A stretch of 64,000 nt of DNA from Armatimonadota bacterium (lineage in GTDB: Bacteria > Armatimonadota > SYMT01), in NCBI GenBank assembly GCA_046292385.1, contig JBKBRF010000014.1, positions 31,955 to 95,954 of the forward strand, read 5' to 3'. The position numbers were made by a program, and so were the translations under genes. Shown here piece by piece: positions 21,601 through 32,826 of this stretch. Position 1 is the stretch's first letter, and every line of letters begins with the position of its first letter. The notes beneath the pieces are model-generated. The model had not been told where the DNA came from, did not search any database, and worked only from the letters and a program-made list of their open reading frames with translations.

Positions 21601-23658
21601 GAGGCGTTTCTCCAGGCTCTCCGGGCGCCGGGCCTGCCGCATGAACCGGATTGCGGCCCGGTAGGACGCCGGGAGCCGCGCTGCCAGGTAGACGGGCAGC
21701 AGCAGCAGCGTGAGCAGGAACGCCATCGGGAACAGGCCCGGCCGCTGGTCCCAGACTGCCGCCAGGATCACGACGAGTAGCACCGCCGCGCCGATCGCCA
21801 GGAGTAGAGCCCGTCGCCGCGGGCGGAGGGTCCAGATCTCGAACTCCTGCAGCGCGCCGTGCGCCACCAGCAGCGCCAGGGTAACCGTTCCCCACAGCCA
21901 GACGAGGGCGATCCACCACGGCACTCCGAGGGCGAGCGCGCCGAGGAGCCAGACGGCGCTGGCGCCGAGCGCGCCCGACGAGGTGATCGCCGCCTGCACC
22001 AGCCCCAGCGACAGGTACCCTTCCACCAGCCGCGCATCTTCCAGCGGCGTCAGCAGGAGCGCGATCACGTGGTCGTAGCCGGTATCGGACGGGCGGTACC
22101 CCTCGTGGACCGCGTTCCAGAACGAGACGACCGAAACGAGGCCGCCGATCGCGAGCACGCCGCCGCTGACCCCCAGGGCGACGGAAGCGGGGTCGCCGCC
22201 GGGGGAGCTTAGCCAGCGGGAGAGATCCTGCGGCTGGCTGATCAGGTAGGCCACGAGCAGCGGCAGCGTGAAGCCGAGCGACATCACGAAGCCGAGCACC
22301 GGCGCCACCAGGAGACGCACCAAGGGCGAGTGAAGGTGCCGGGTCACCTGTCGCAGCGAGCGCGTTAGCAGCGGATTGTCGACCCGCCGCGCGTACCCCA
22401 GCAGCCGCTGCTCCAGGCGGTCGGTAACCTCCTGCGCCGCCGCTTCGGGAGCGCTCGGCTTCTCGTCCGGCGCGATGGCCGGTGTTTGGGATTCCGGGCT
22501 CGCCGCGCCGCGCGCCTCCCGCCAGCGGCGGAAGAGGACGAAGGCAGCCCCGGCCGCCACGAGCAAGAGCAGCGGCCCCTCCCCGAGCTTTGCCGCCACC
22601 CCGCGCCAGTAGTACCCGCCCAGGAGCAGGAGGAGTAGCGCGCCACGGAGAGAGCGGTCGCGGCGGATCCGGCGCTCGGTCGGCGAGTCGCCGCTAAAAT
22701 CAAACGTGCTCCGGTCCCAGGCGAAGGCCGCTTCCCGGGCGACGGCGGTGCGGGAGAGCACGATCCACGCGAGCAGGGGGAGCGCGGGAGGGAGCGACAG
22801 GTGGAAGAACGGCAGCGGCTCCCAGAGCAGCCGCGCGACCGCCACCATCACCCCGAACGGCAGCAGTGGGAAGAGCTCTCGAGGGACCACGGAGATCAAC
22901 ACTTCGAACACGGGTCGGAACGGCAGCCGGACCACGCCGCTGATGCCCAGTGCGACGAGGATCCCGAGGGCTAACGCGCAGCCGCCCATGCATCCCGCTT
23001 CGGAGGCGAGGTCGCCGGCCCCGTACGGCCGCCGAAAAGCCTCCGGCCTGGACCAGCGGGTCGATGGCTCACGGGGGCTCGCTTCCGAAGCGTCTTCGGT
23101 CTCTCTCTCGCCTTCCTCGTCTTCGTCCTGTTTGGCCCCGACCGGATGGACGGGAAGCTGCTCCGCGGAGGGCGGGGCCCAGAGCGGCAGCAGGTGGAGC
23201 AGCAGGATCGTCGCGACGTCGCGGGGCTGGACCCCGCCGTACGCCAGGCAGAGCAGGTAGAGCGGAACCGTCCCCAGCGCGGGCAGCAGGCGCGCCGCCG
23301 CCCGCGCCGCGGTGATCTGGCGCACCAGCTCCCGACCCGTGAGCGGGATAAGCCGCAGAAACTCCGTGCGCCCGGCCTCCGCCTCGTCCGCGAGAGAGAA
23401 GGGTGCGGGGCCGTTCCAGAGGCGGACCGCCACGTGGGCGAGCGAGACCCCGTACAGGAGTGCTGCACCGAGGGGGAGCTTCCCGAAGTAGTCCGGCCCC
23501 CACTGCCGCTCCGCCAGCAGCACCGCCGCGAAGACCAGCGCCGGCAGCCCCACCGCCCAGAGCGGCAGCCGCCACGGAAGGCCCTTCCGGCTCCGGCGCG
23601 CGAGGTCCCGGAGCAGGAAGGCGTTATCGGCGATCCAGGGTGGCCAGGAGGGGAGCAT
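21598..23658 (-). CDS. Large polytopic membrane protein (686 aa), paralogue 2 of 3
   Basis: N-terminus PPWIADNAFLLRDLARRSRKG with an internal second module (DNPLLTRSLRQVTR). Contains an acidic cytoplasmic loop (QDEDEEGERETEDASEA). There is a 16-nt gap to paralogue 3, so an operon is likely. Confidence 0.6.
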   Translation of the reverse strand: MLPSWPPWIADNAFLLRDLARRSRKGLPWRLPLWAVGLPALVFAAVLLAERQWGPDYFGKLPLGAALLYGVSLAHVAVRLWNGPAPFSLADEAEAGRTEFLRLIPLTGRELVRQITAARAAARLLPALGTVPLYLLCLAYGGVQPRDVATILLLHLLPLWAPPSAEQLPVHPVGAKQDEDEEGERETEDASEASPREPSTRWSRPEAFRRPYGAGDLASEAGCMGGCALALGILVALGISGVVRLPFRPVFEVLISVVPRELFPLLPFGVMVAVARLLWEPLPFFHLSLPPALPLLAWIVLSRTAVAREAAFAWDRSTFDFSGDSPTERRIRRDRSLRGALLLLLLGGYYWRGVAAKLGEGPLLLLVAAGAAFVLFRRWREARGAASPESQTPAIAPDEKPSAPEAAAQEVTDRLEQRLLGYARRVDNPLLTRSLRQVTRHLHSPLVRLLVAPVLGFVMSLGFTLPLLVAYLISQPQDLSRWLSSPGGDPASVALGVSGGVLAIGGLVSVVSFWNAVHEGYRPSDTGYDHVIALLLTPLEDARLVEGYLSLGLVQAAITSSGALGASAVWLLGALALGVPWWIALVWLWGTVTLALLVAHGALQEFEIWTLRPRRRALLLAIGAAVLLVVILAAVWDQRPGLFPMAFLLTLLLLPVYLAARLPASYRAAIRFMRQARRPESLEKRL

Positions 23659-23674
23659 GGTCCGGGGTAGCGAC

Positions 23675-25621
23675 TTACTCTCTTCGATAGACGCCCAGGC
23701 TCGCCAGTGCCAGCCGGTAGGAAGTGGGGAGCAGCAGGGCGAGCACCACCGGACCGGCGAAGCAGAGGACCCGGAAGAGCAGCCGCAGCGGGTCGTCCGC
23801 AGTCGTGTCGTAGTCTCGCGAGGAGGGGAGTTGGTAGATCAGCTCCAACGCCGTGCCAATCACTACGGCGGTCAGCGCGGCGGGAACGGCGTAGTCGGAG
23901 AGCCGGTCCTTCCGATCGACCCAGCCGCGGAAGGTAAGCAGCGACCCGTGGACGAGCAGCAGGCCGGCGCTTGCGCACGCGACCAGGTAGATGGCGACCC
24001 AGAAGATCGGCGCACCCGCGCCGGCCGCGACCAGCGTCCAGACCAGCACCCCGGCTCCGATTCCCGCTGTCAGCGGTGCCGAGCGGAGCCAGGCGAGGGT
24101 GACGTGCCCCTGCAGCAGCGTCCTCGCGCCGGCGGGAGTCAGCTTCAGCCCCGGAACGTGCGGCGAGGTGCTGAGCCTGAGCCAGATACCCACCGCGCCG
24201 AGAACCAGGGTGACGCTGCCCGCCCACATCGCGACTGCCGCTAACGGAGGGAACTGCTCGCCTGCCCTCGGAGAGAGCACCGCCGCCCACGTGGCGCTGC
24301 TCGTGACGAGGTTCGGGCCGAGGTTGAACATCGGAATCAGGGCACTCCAGGCGAGGGTCAGTAGGGCGGCCTGCGCCCCCTGGCGGAGGAGCGGAACGCG
24401 GCTGCGGAGCTGTCGCCTCACCTGCAGGGTGATGAGCGGGTTGTCCTCGCGCGCTGCCGCGGTGTCGAGCCACCGCTCCAGGGCGTCCCGCGGGCGGTTC
24501 GGGCGGACCACCCGACCCGTCTCCTCCGCGCGGGGGCGGTGCTTCCGGATGCGCGTGGAGCGCCAACCGGCGAGTCCGCCGATCCAGAGGAGCAGGGCAA
24601 AGGCCAGTACGCTCCCGCCGACCGCGTGGAGCGGCAGCCAGAAGAAGCCGAGCAGCACGATGCCCGTCACCGCGCCCAGCACTGCCGCGGACGGAGAGCG
24701 GTCTCCGTCCCGCGTCCCCTCGGCCACGGCATCCGGGGCGGCGTCCCACATCTCGGACGCTTCTCGCCACCGCACCACCAGGTAGACCAGTCCGGCGAGC
24801 CCGACCGGTACCAGCGGGGGCACGACGACGGTGAAGAAGGGGCGGGGCACCCAGAGGAGCCGGAGCAGAACCACTGGCGCGGTAAGCGGCCCTCCCCGGA
24901 GCAGCACCGGATCGATCCCCCCGGCCCAGGCCGCCGCGAGCAGGCGCCCGAGCCACACTCCCACGGGCTGCAGCCAGTTCTGCACGGTGCCCGAGGTAAG
25001 GAGCATCCCCAGCGCCAGCTGAACCACGATCATTCGCAAGGACGACCACCCGAAGCAGCCATCCCTCCTGGCCGGTTGCCGGTCGACCTTCGCCTGCAGG
25101 TGCTGGAATGCGCTGCGGACCTCCAGCGGCGTGGGCGGCCGGAAGAGCAGCGCCAGCATCACCAGTTGGGCCGTGAGGAGGTCCTGCGGCTTCGGGCCGC
25201 CGAGGGCGAGGGCCACGACGTAGATCGGCAGCGGCACCACCGCCGCCAGCAGACCGAGCGCGGCCCGCTCGATCCCGATCAGCCCGAGAATCCGGCGCCC
25301 GTTCCGGGGGAGCAGCAGCCACGAGGTGAGCCGGCCGGTCACCGCCTCCGAGAAGAGGGAGATGCCGCTGGAGCGAGACCAGAGCACCGCGATCCACTGG
25401 GCGGCGACGACCGCTCCCAGCAGCGTGTATCCGGCGGCGCCCGGCAAGAGCGGCCGCCGGATGCTCCACCCGTAGAAGGCGATCAATCCCAGCGCCAGCC
25501 CTACGGGGGACGCGGAGATCAGGAGGGCGCGCCGGAGCGTGCGGCGCCGCACCCACCGCAGCAGCGTCAGGCGGAGGAACGGATTATCGGCGAGCCATTC
25601 CTGCCACGGGCGGGAGATCAC
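23675..25621 (-). CDS. Large polytopic membrane protein (648 aa), paralogue 3 of 3
   Basis: GTG 25621 gives MISRPWQEWLADNPFLRLTLLRWVRRR, homologous to the N-termini of paralogues 1 and 2. An internal second module DNPLITLQVRRQLRSR follows. The ORF-track start at 25729 is rejected as an extension. Confidence 0.55.
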   Translation of the reverse strand: MISRPWQEWLADNPFLRLTLLRWVRRRTLRRALLISASPVGLALGLIAFYGWSIRRPLLPGAAGYTLLGAVVAAQWIAVLWSRSSGISLFSEAVTGRLTSWLLLPRNGRRILGLIGIERAALGLLAAVVPLPIYVVALALGGPKPQDLLTAQLVMLALLFRPPTPLEVRSAFQHLQAKVDRQPARRDGCFGWSSLRMIVVQLALGMLLTSGTVQNWLQPVGVWLGRLLAAAWAGGIDPVLLRGGPLTAPVVLLRLLWVPRPFFTVVVPPLVPVGLAGLVYLVVRWREASEMWDAAPDAVAEGTRDGDRSPSAAVLGAVTGIVLLGFFWLPLHAVGGSVLAFALLLWIGGLAGWRSTRIRKHRPRAEETGRVVRPNRPRDALERWLDTAAAREDNPLITLQVRRQLRSRVPLLRQGAQAALLTLAWSALIPMFNLGPNLVTSSATWAAVLSPRAGEQFPPLAAVAMWAGSVTLVLGAVGIWLRLSTSPHVPGLKLTPAGARTLLQGHVTLAWLRSAPLTAGIGAGVLVWTLVAAGAGAPIFWVAIYLVACASAGLLLVHGSLLTFRGWVDRKDRLSDYAVPAALTAVVIGTALELIYQLPSSRDYDTTADDPLRLLFRVLCFAGPVVLALLLPTSYRLALASLGVYRRE

Positions 25622-25742
25622 GACGTTTCTTCTGATCTGCGGGAGTGGGAGCAAGGGGGAGTGGGAGAGCCGCTCCCTCGTGGCTGTTAACGGGTTTCCG
25701 TTGGGCAGGCTCCAGGTTCCGAATCCCACCCACCGGGCAGTT

Positions 25743-25772
25743 CAACCTGCAACCTGCAACGTGCTAACTTGG
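25743..25772. repeat. Heptamer repeat (CAACCTG)x3 followed by GCTAACTTG
   Basis: Read directly: caacctg caacctg caacgtg ctaacttg. Partner tracts occur at 26881-26970. Confidence 0.8.
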
Positions 25773-25832
25773 AACAGACGTCGCCCACTCTCCCTTGCCA
25801 AATCCGCCCCTCCATCCCGGACCGACGGAGTA

Positions 25833-26537
25833 CTACGTCCCCGGGACCGGTTTTCCCTCGTGGTCGAAGAGCTGGATCGCGCCGCCCGCGAAGCCGGAGG
25901 AGAGCAGCAGGCCCGGCTTCCCCTCGCCGTTCTGCACGCTCATCACGCTGCTGCCGGCACCGGTGGAGAGGAGGATCCGGCCGTCGTCGACCCCGCTCGT
26001 GAGGCCGCAGACGCCGCTGTCGCCGGAGGCGAGCAGCGCCGCGACCATCTTGCCGCCGCGGTTGTAGACGCGGACGCGGCCGCCGTCCGCGCTGGCGGTG
26101 AGCCCGGAGAGCATCGTGCCGTCTGCGTCGTAGAGGTCCATCCCGCCGCCGGCTGCGTCCGCGAAGAGGACCGCCACCGGGCGGCCGTCGCGGTTGTAGA
26201 GGCGCAGGCACGGGATGTTCTCCACGATGCCGACGTCGAGCAGGGTCTCGCCTCCGGGGCCGGTCACGCGCAGCGGCGCCGGGATCTCCCCCCGCTCCGC
26301 CTCCAGCTCCGCCACCCGCCGCTCCAGGCGCTCGATCCGCTCCAGCAGCTCTTCCACGGCCTCTCCTTCCGGACCCCTACGCGATTGGACCCATGGAACC
26401 TTAACGCAGGGGAGCGGTTCGGGTTGCGGAAGATTGGAGAGCGGGTGAGCTGCTCCCACGGGGTAGTTCACAGCGCGGCTGATGCCGCAACCAATCTCAA
26501 GGCGGCGGGGGAATGCTTGGTAAGACGAGATCAGCAT
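25833..26537 (-). CDS. Hypothetical protein: N-terminal coiled coil plus C-terminal imperfect ~20-aa repeats (LRLYNRDGRPVAVL / VRVYNRGGKMVAAL / IQLFDHEGKPV)
   Basis: ATG 26537 with GGAGAG upstream. The only coherent ORF in the 25774-26932 segment. No known domain recognised. Confidence 0.4.
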   Translation of the reverse strand: MLISSYQAFPRRLEIGCGISRAVNYPVGAAHPLSNLPQPEPLPCVKVPWVQSRRGPEGEAVEELLERIERLERRVAELEAERGEIPAPLRVTGPGGETLLDVGIVENIPCLRLYNRDGRPVAVLFADAAGGGMDLYDADGTMLSGLTASADGGRVRVYNRGGKMVAALLASGDSGVCGLTSGVDDGRILLSTGAGSSVMSVQNGEGKPGLLLSSGFAGGAIQLFDHEGKPVPGT

Positions 26538-26880
26538 CTCTCCGAGGATCCACCCCGCGCCCTCCCCGCGCGGAGCGGCCCTCCCGCGTGGGGGGCCCTC
26601 CGCGGCCCTTTCACGCTCCGGCTTCGCCTCCGCTAGCGGGCGCTGCGGGCGTGCTCCCTGGCGCGCTGCGTTCCGCGTCCGAAGGCGGCACCTGCAGCGG
26701 GAAGACGGTTCACGGGCCGCTCCGCGCGGCTCAAGCGACCACCCCTACCGCCCGCAAGCGGGCACCCGGGTAGTCACAGGTGAAACCCTCCAGCCCTGCC
26801 TCCGGCAGCGCTTCCGGGCTCCTTCGGAGCACTCCCCGCGCAGAAGCTGCACGTCCCGACAAGATTCTCACTGCGAGTAG

Positions 26881-26970
26881 TGCAGGTTCCAGGTTTCAGG
26901 TTTGCAGGTTCAGAACCCCGCCTCGCGGAGGGCTAACTTGCAACCTGCCAACCTGCCAACCTGCAACCAA
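26881..26970. repeat. Heptamer repeats: (NCAGGTT)x4 (inverse of AACCTGN), a near-palindrome CCGCCTCGCGGAGGG, then GCTAACTTG followed by (GCAACCT/GCCAACCT)x3
   Basis: Read directly. The same AACCTGC heptamer family as 25743-25772. GCTAACTTG occurs at both 25765-25773 and 26932-26940. Confidence 0.8.
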
Positions 26971-27000
26971 CTTCCCCCATTCACCCGCTCTTCCCGCGCA

Positions 27001-28071
27001 TCACGCCTTGCGGGCGGCGCCGCCGAGCCAGCGGCCGAGGAGGTTCATCTGGCGCACCTGGTTGAAGACCACCGCCGCCAGGAGGACGCCGCCGACCACC
27101 ATTCCGCGCCAGAAGGTGGGGTTGTCCAGCGTCAGGTTGATGATGTTCAGGATCCACTCCAGCAGCATCACGCCGAGGAGGGTGCCGATCACGCTGCCGC
27201 GGCCGCCGGTGAGCGCCGCGCCGCCGATGACGGCCGCGCTGATGGCGTTCAGCTCGAACATCACGCCGGCACTCGGGTCGCCCTGGCCGCCGTAGCCGGC
27301 GTAGAGGATGCCCGCCACGCCGCCGAAGAGGCTGCAGGCACCGTAGGCGAAGAGCCGGACCTTGAAGACGCTGACGCCGGAGAGGCGGGAGGCTTCTTCG
27401 TTGCTGCCGACGGAGTAGACGTGCCGCCCCACCTGCGTCAGGTGGAGGGTCAGCATCATCGCGCCGGCCAGGACCACCAGGAGCAGGGTGGAGACCGGGA
27501 TCCCGAAGCCGGTGCCGGCGAGCCAGATCTTCTGGTTACCCAGGAACGAGATGAACGGGAAGCGCTCGATCGGGAGCGGCAGCGCGTTGTTCAGCAGGAG
27601 GGCGCCGCTGCGCAGCATCGACATGGAAGCGAGCGTCACCACGAACGACGGCAGCTTGAGGAACTGGATCAGCGCGGCGTGGATCACCCCGAGCAGCAGC
27701 GAGGCGCCGAGCACCACCAGGATCCCCACGCCCATCGCCGCCGGGACGCTCACGCCGCCGTCCGCGAGCCGGGACATGACGACGGCGAGCAGCATGCCGG
27801 CGAACGCGACCAGGGAGCCGATACTGAGGTCGATCCCGCCGGTGATGATCACCACCAGCACGCCGACGGCGAGGAACGACTGCAGGCTGATCGTGCGCGT
27901 CAGACTGTCCCGGTTGAACTCGTTCGTGAACATGCCGAACCGCCCGGTCGCCGCCATGTAGATCAACAGCGCGACGAGGACGATCAGCACGCTCGTCTCC
28001 GGCGCGGCGAACCAGCGGCGCAGGGCAGAGGTGGTCGGCTTGGTGTCGGAAAGCGTGGCCCCGTGGCTCAA
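27001..28071 (-). CDS. ABC transporter permease, ribose/xylose (RbsC/AraH) family
   Basis: ~10 TM helices with the conserved ...GGIDLSIGS... motif typical of monosaccharide ABC permeases. Confidence 0.8.
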   Translation of the reverse strand: MSHGATLSDTKPTTSALRRWFAAPETSVLIVLVALLIYMAATGRFGMFTNEFNRDSLTRTISLQSFLAVGVLVVIITGGIDLSIGSLVAFAGMLLAVVMSRLADGGVSVPAAMGVGILVVLGASLLLGVIHAALIQFLKLPSFVVTLASMSMLRSGALLLNNALPLPIERFPFISFLGNQKIWLAGTGFGIPVSTLLLVVLAGAMMLTLHLTQVGRHVYSVGSNEEASRLSGVSVFKVRLFAYGACSLFGGVAGILYAGYGGQGDPSAGVMFELNAISAAVIGGAALTGGRGSVIGTLLGVMLLEWILNIINLTLDNPTFWRGMVVGGVLLAAVVFNQVRQMNLLGRWLGGAARKA

Positions 28072-28176
28072 CGGTCTACTCCTTGGGGGTTGGTTGGGCG
28101 GGATCGGTGGGGAAATGGGAGAGGCGGCTCCGGCCGGAGCCGCCTCTCGGGACGGGTCGATGACAGCGGTCGGAGA

Positions 28177-29325
28177 TCAGGAAGACTTGATCCCCATCTT
28201 CGCCAGCTTATCGCGGTACTCCTTGACGTTGGCGGGGGTGATCGTCTCCACGCCGGTGTCATACAGCAGCGAGTCCGGGATGTTCATCTCCTTCTTCGCC
28301 TCGCTGAAGCCCTTTCGGTTGATCAGCGTGAGCAGCTTGACGGAGAGATAGCCGAAGTCGTACGGCTTCTGCACGATGGTGGCGTCGATCAGCCCCTTGT
28401 CGAGCGCCTGGAGGGTCTGCGGCTCGGCGTCGAAGGCGACCACCTTGTACTGGCTCTTGCGGTTGCCGACCGCCTGCACGATCGCCGGGCCGTTGTAGCT
28501 GTAGAGACCGAGGAGACCGTCGACATCCGGGTACTTCTGCAGCGCGTTTTCCACGTTGGAGCGCGCGCGGGCCGGGTCCTTGTCGTCCCCGATCACTTCC
28601 TTGAGGGTGATGCCGGCTTCCTTGGCGGTCTTCTCGAAGCCCTCCTGCCGCTCGCGAGCGTTCTCCGCGGAGATGTTGCCGACGAACCCGAGGAACTCGC
28701 CGCCGTTCGGGAGCAGCTCCGCCGCCGCGCGGCCCGCCGCCTCACCCGCGGTGACGTTGTTGGTGCCGATGTAGGCGAGCCGGCGGGAGCCGGTGGAATC
28801 CGAGTCGAAGGTGACGAGCGGCACGCCCTTGCTGATCACCATGTCGATCATCTCCTTCGAGGCGTCGCCTTCGATGCAGGAGAGGGCGATACCGTCCGGA
28901 TTGGTGGCGAGCGCCTCCTCCAGCATCTTCTTCTGGTTCGCCACGTTGGCCGGGTCCGGGCCGCGCCACGACGCCTCGACCCCCAGCTCCTCGGCCGCGT
29001 CCTTCATGCCGACCGCCATCGGGTCCCAGAACGGGGAGATGCCGTTGGTGACGATCACGAACTTGAGCGGGCCTTCCGGCTTGCGGGGAGTCTCGAACTC
29101 GGCCGTCGCCGGAGTGCCGGTGGCGCCGCCGCCGTTCTCGCCCGTGGAGGCGACCGGCGCGGCGTTGCCGCCGCCGTTGCCGGTGGAAGGCGGCTCAGTG
29201 GTGCAGGAGGCGAGCAGCACGCTGAGCGGCAGCAGCGCGCCCGCCAGCAGCCACGCTGGGCGCCGGCCGCGCGCGGGCCGCGGGGAGAGAGAAATCGACA
29301 TCGAAGAATCCTCCGAGATGGACAC
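28177..29325 (-). CDS. ABC transporter periplasmic sugar-binding lipoprotein (RbsB-like, PBP type I)
   Basis: Lipoprotein signal LLPLSVLLASC. FVIVTNGISPFWDPMAVGMKDAAEELG periplasmic-binding fold. Directly upstream of the permease, and no ATPase gene is adjacent. Confidence 0.8.
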   Translation of the reverse strand: MSISEDSSMSISLSPRPARGRRPAWLLAGALLPLSVLLASCTTEPPSTGNGGGNAAPVASTGENGGGATGTPATAEFETPRKPEGPLKFVIVTNGISPFWDPMAVGMKDAAEELGVEASWRGPDPANVANQKKMLEEALATNPDGIALSCIEGDASKEMIDMVISKGVPLVTFDSDSTGSRRLAYIGTNNVTAGEAAGRAAAELLPNGGEFLGFVGNISAENARERQEGFEKTAKEAGITLKEVIGDDKDPARARSNVENALQKYPDVDGLLGLYSYNGPAIVQAVGNRKSQYKVVAFDAEPQTLQALDKGLIDATIVQKPYDFGYLSVKLLTLINRKGFSEAKKEMNIPDSLLYDTGVETITPANVKEYRDKLAKMGIKSS

Positions 29326-29465
29326 ACGGGAACCGCCGGAGCTGCGGCGCTCCGGCGGCGGTATCTACCTAATTTGCGGGCGCCCGCGGCACATTCCTGC
29401 GCCAGCCGCCTTCGCCGAGGGCAGCCGATCCCCTGGGAAGAACGGAGCACAGGCGGTCAGGGGCG

Positions 29466-29765
29466 CAGTGCGTATCGCGTATTCCGTAGCGAGCGCGGGC
29501 CTGTCTTGGCGCGCATCGTGCCGGACGAAGGCCTGCAGAGAAGCATATCACCCGGCACGATACCGAAGTGAACAGAGTAAGGCTCTGCGCTGGAGGCAGG
29601 CGGCTTGTTGCATATTCCGTATCTCGTATCGCGTAGCGGGTCGCCGGCCCCGATTTCCGTAAGGTCGTGCCGGGCGGAGTGGCTGCAACGCGTTCCGCCC
29701 GGCAGGATCCGCTGCAGAGCGGTATAGGGCTACCGCTACGCAATACGGAATACGCAATACTCGAC
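29466..29765. repeat. Cluster of three copies of dispersed repeat CGCTACGGAATACGCGATACGGAATACGC (two inverted, one direct) in the SBP-glmS intergenic region; fourth copy at 41057-41087
   Basis: 29469-29490 gcgtatcgcgtattccgtagcg. 29611-29640 catattccgtatctcgtatcgcgtagcg. 29735-29765 ccgctacgcaatacggaatacgcaatac. 41057-41087 ccgctacggaatacgcgatacggaatacgcc. Confidence 0.8.
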
Positions 29766-29771
29766 AGCCGT

Positions 29772-31592
<1,821 letters not shown>

Positions 31593-31922
31593 CGCTTCTC
31601 ACTCCTCCGGTCGCCCGCCCCGAACGACCCTACGCTTGATTAACTGGTAACCACAAGACTGTTGGTGGTCGAAGGCCCCGCCTCCGGTTCGGTGCAGCGC
31701 TCCCAATCATACCGCGGTTCCACCGAAATCCCCGGCCGATTCTCGACGACCGAGGCTCACACTATCTATATGCCGCACGGTACGTTTCCTAATCACTGCG
31801 GCGGACGGAAGTTAGTAAGGAGAGCGCTCCCTCTGCAGGCGCCCCCTCTGCAGTCGCCCGAGGAACGACCGGCCGTCGAGGCGAACGCTCTCCGGCAGAC
31901 GCAGTTCCATTGGGAGAGAGGC

Positions 31923-32654
31923 ATGAGCAGGCTCGAGGGGAAGACGGCAGTCGTGACCGGCGGCAACCGGGGGATCGGGGCGGCGATCGCGCGGGCGATG
32001 GCAAAGGAAGGCGCCTCCGTGGTGGTGGCGGCGCGAGACGCCGCGCGGCTGGAGGAGGTCGCCGCCGGCATCGCGGCAGAGGGCGGCGCGGCGCTGGCGG
32101 TGCCGACCGACGTGACCGACGAGGCGCAGGTGGAGGCGCTCTTCCGCCAGGCGGTGGAGCGGTTCGGGAAGGTCGACATCCTGGTCAACAACGCCGGCGC
32201 CTTCGACGGCGGCCCGCTGGAGGAGCTCTCCCTGGAGACCTGGGAGAAGGTGATGGCGGTCAACCTGCGCGGCCCGTTCCTCTGCACCCGCGCCGCCTTC
32301 CGGCTGATGAAGGAGCAGGGCGGCGGCCGCATCATCAACATCGCCAGCATCTCCGCCCAGCGGGTGCGCCCCCACTCCGCCCCCTACAGCACCAGCAAGC
32401 ACGGTCTCTGGGGCCTCACGCAGGTCACCGCCCTGGAAGGCCGCCCGTACGGCATCGCCGCGAGCTGCCTCCACCCCGGCAACACCCTGAACGAGCGCCG
32501 CGCCCAGCGCGCCACGGAGCAGGACGAAGAGCCGATGATGAGCTGCGAGGAGCTGGCCGAGACCGCCCTGCTGATGGCTTCGCTGCCGCCCCACGTGAAC
32601 ATGCTGGAAGCGATTGTACTGCCGGTGGAGCAGCTCTACGTCGGGCGTGGCTAG
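31923..32654 (+). CDS. Short-chain dehydrogenase/reductase (SDR); its 3' ~190 bp is duplicated at 38209-38400
   Basis: ATG 31923 follows GGGAGAGAGG. TGGNRGIG, NNAG and S...YSTSK motifs. 243 aa. Confidence 0.85.
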   Translation: MSRLEGKTAVVTGGNRGIGAAIARAMAKEGASVVVAARDAARLEEVAAGIAAEGGAALAVPTDVTDEAQVEALFRQAVERFGKVDILVNNAGAFDGGPLEELSLETWEKVMAVNLRGPFLCTRAAFRLMKEQGGGRIINIASISAQRVRPHSAPYSTSKHGLWGLTQVTALEGRPYGIAASCLHPGNTLNERRAQRATEQDEEPMMSCEELAETALLMASLPPHVNMLEAIVLPVEQLYVGRG

Positions 32655-32826
32655 CGGGTTCCACAGTCGACACCGCATGTCAGGCAACGGGATCTAAACA
32701 GAGGTCCAGATTCAGAGTTGCCGTCAACGGGCACAGCGGTGTTCTTGATTGATGGCTCGTGTCCGGCCGGAGCAGATTACCGGGCCACGCAGTGTAGCTG
32801 GCTGTTGACGAGAATGAGCAGGGGAA

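Noticed and set aside
26902-29571. 889-aa plus-strand ORF spanning the ABC permease and SBP genes
   Set aside because: It is antisense to two genes with clear family signatures and has low-complexity R/G/A/D composition.
31593-31922. glmS ribozyme in the 5' leader of glmS
   Set aside because: I inspected the 330-nt leader (on the minus strand) for the conserved glmS ribozyme core and pseudoknot. I could not identify it by eye, so no call is made. A covariance-model scan would settle it.
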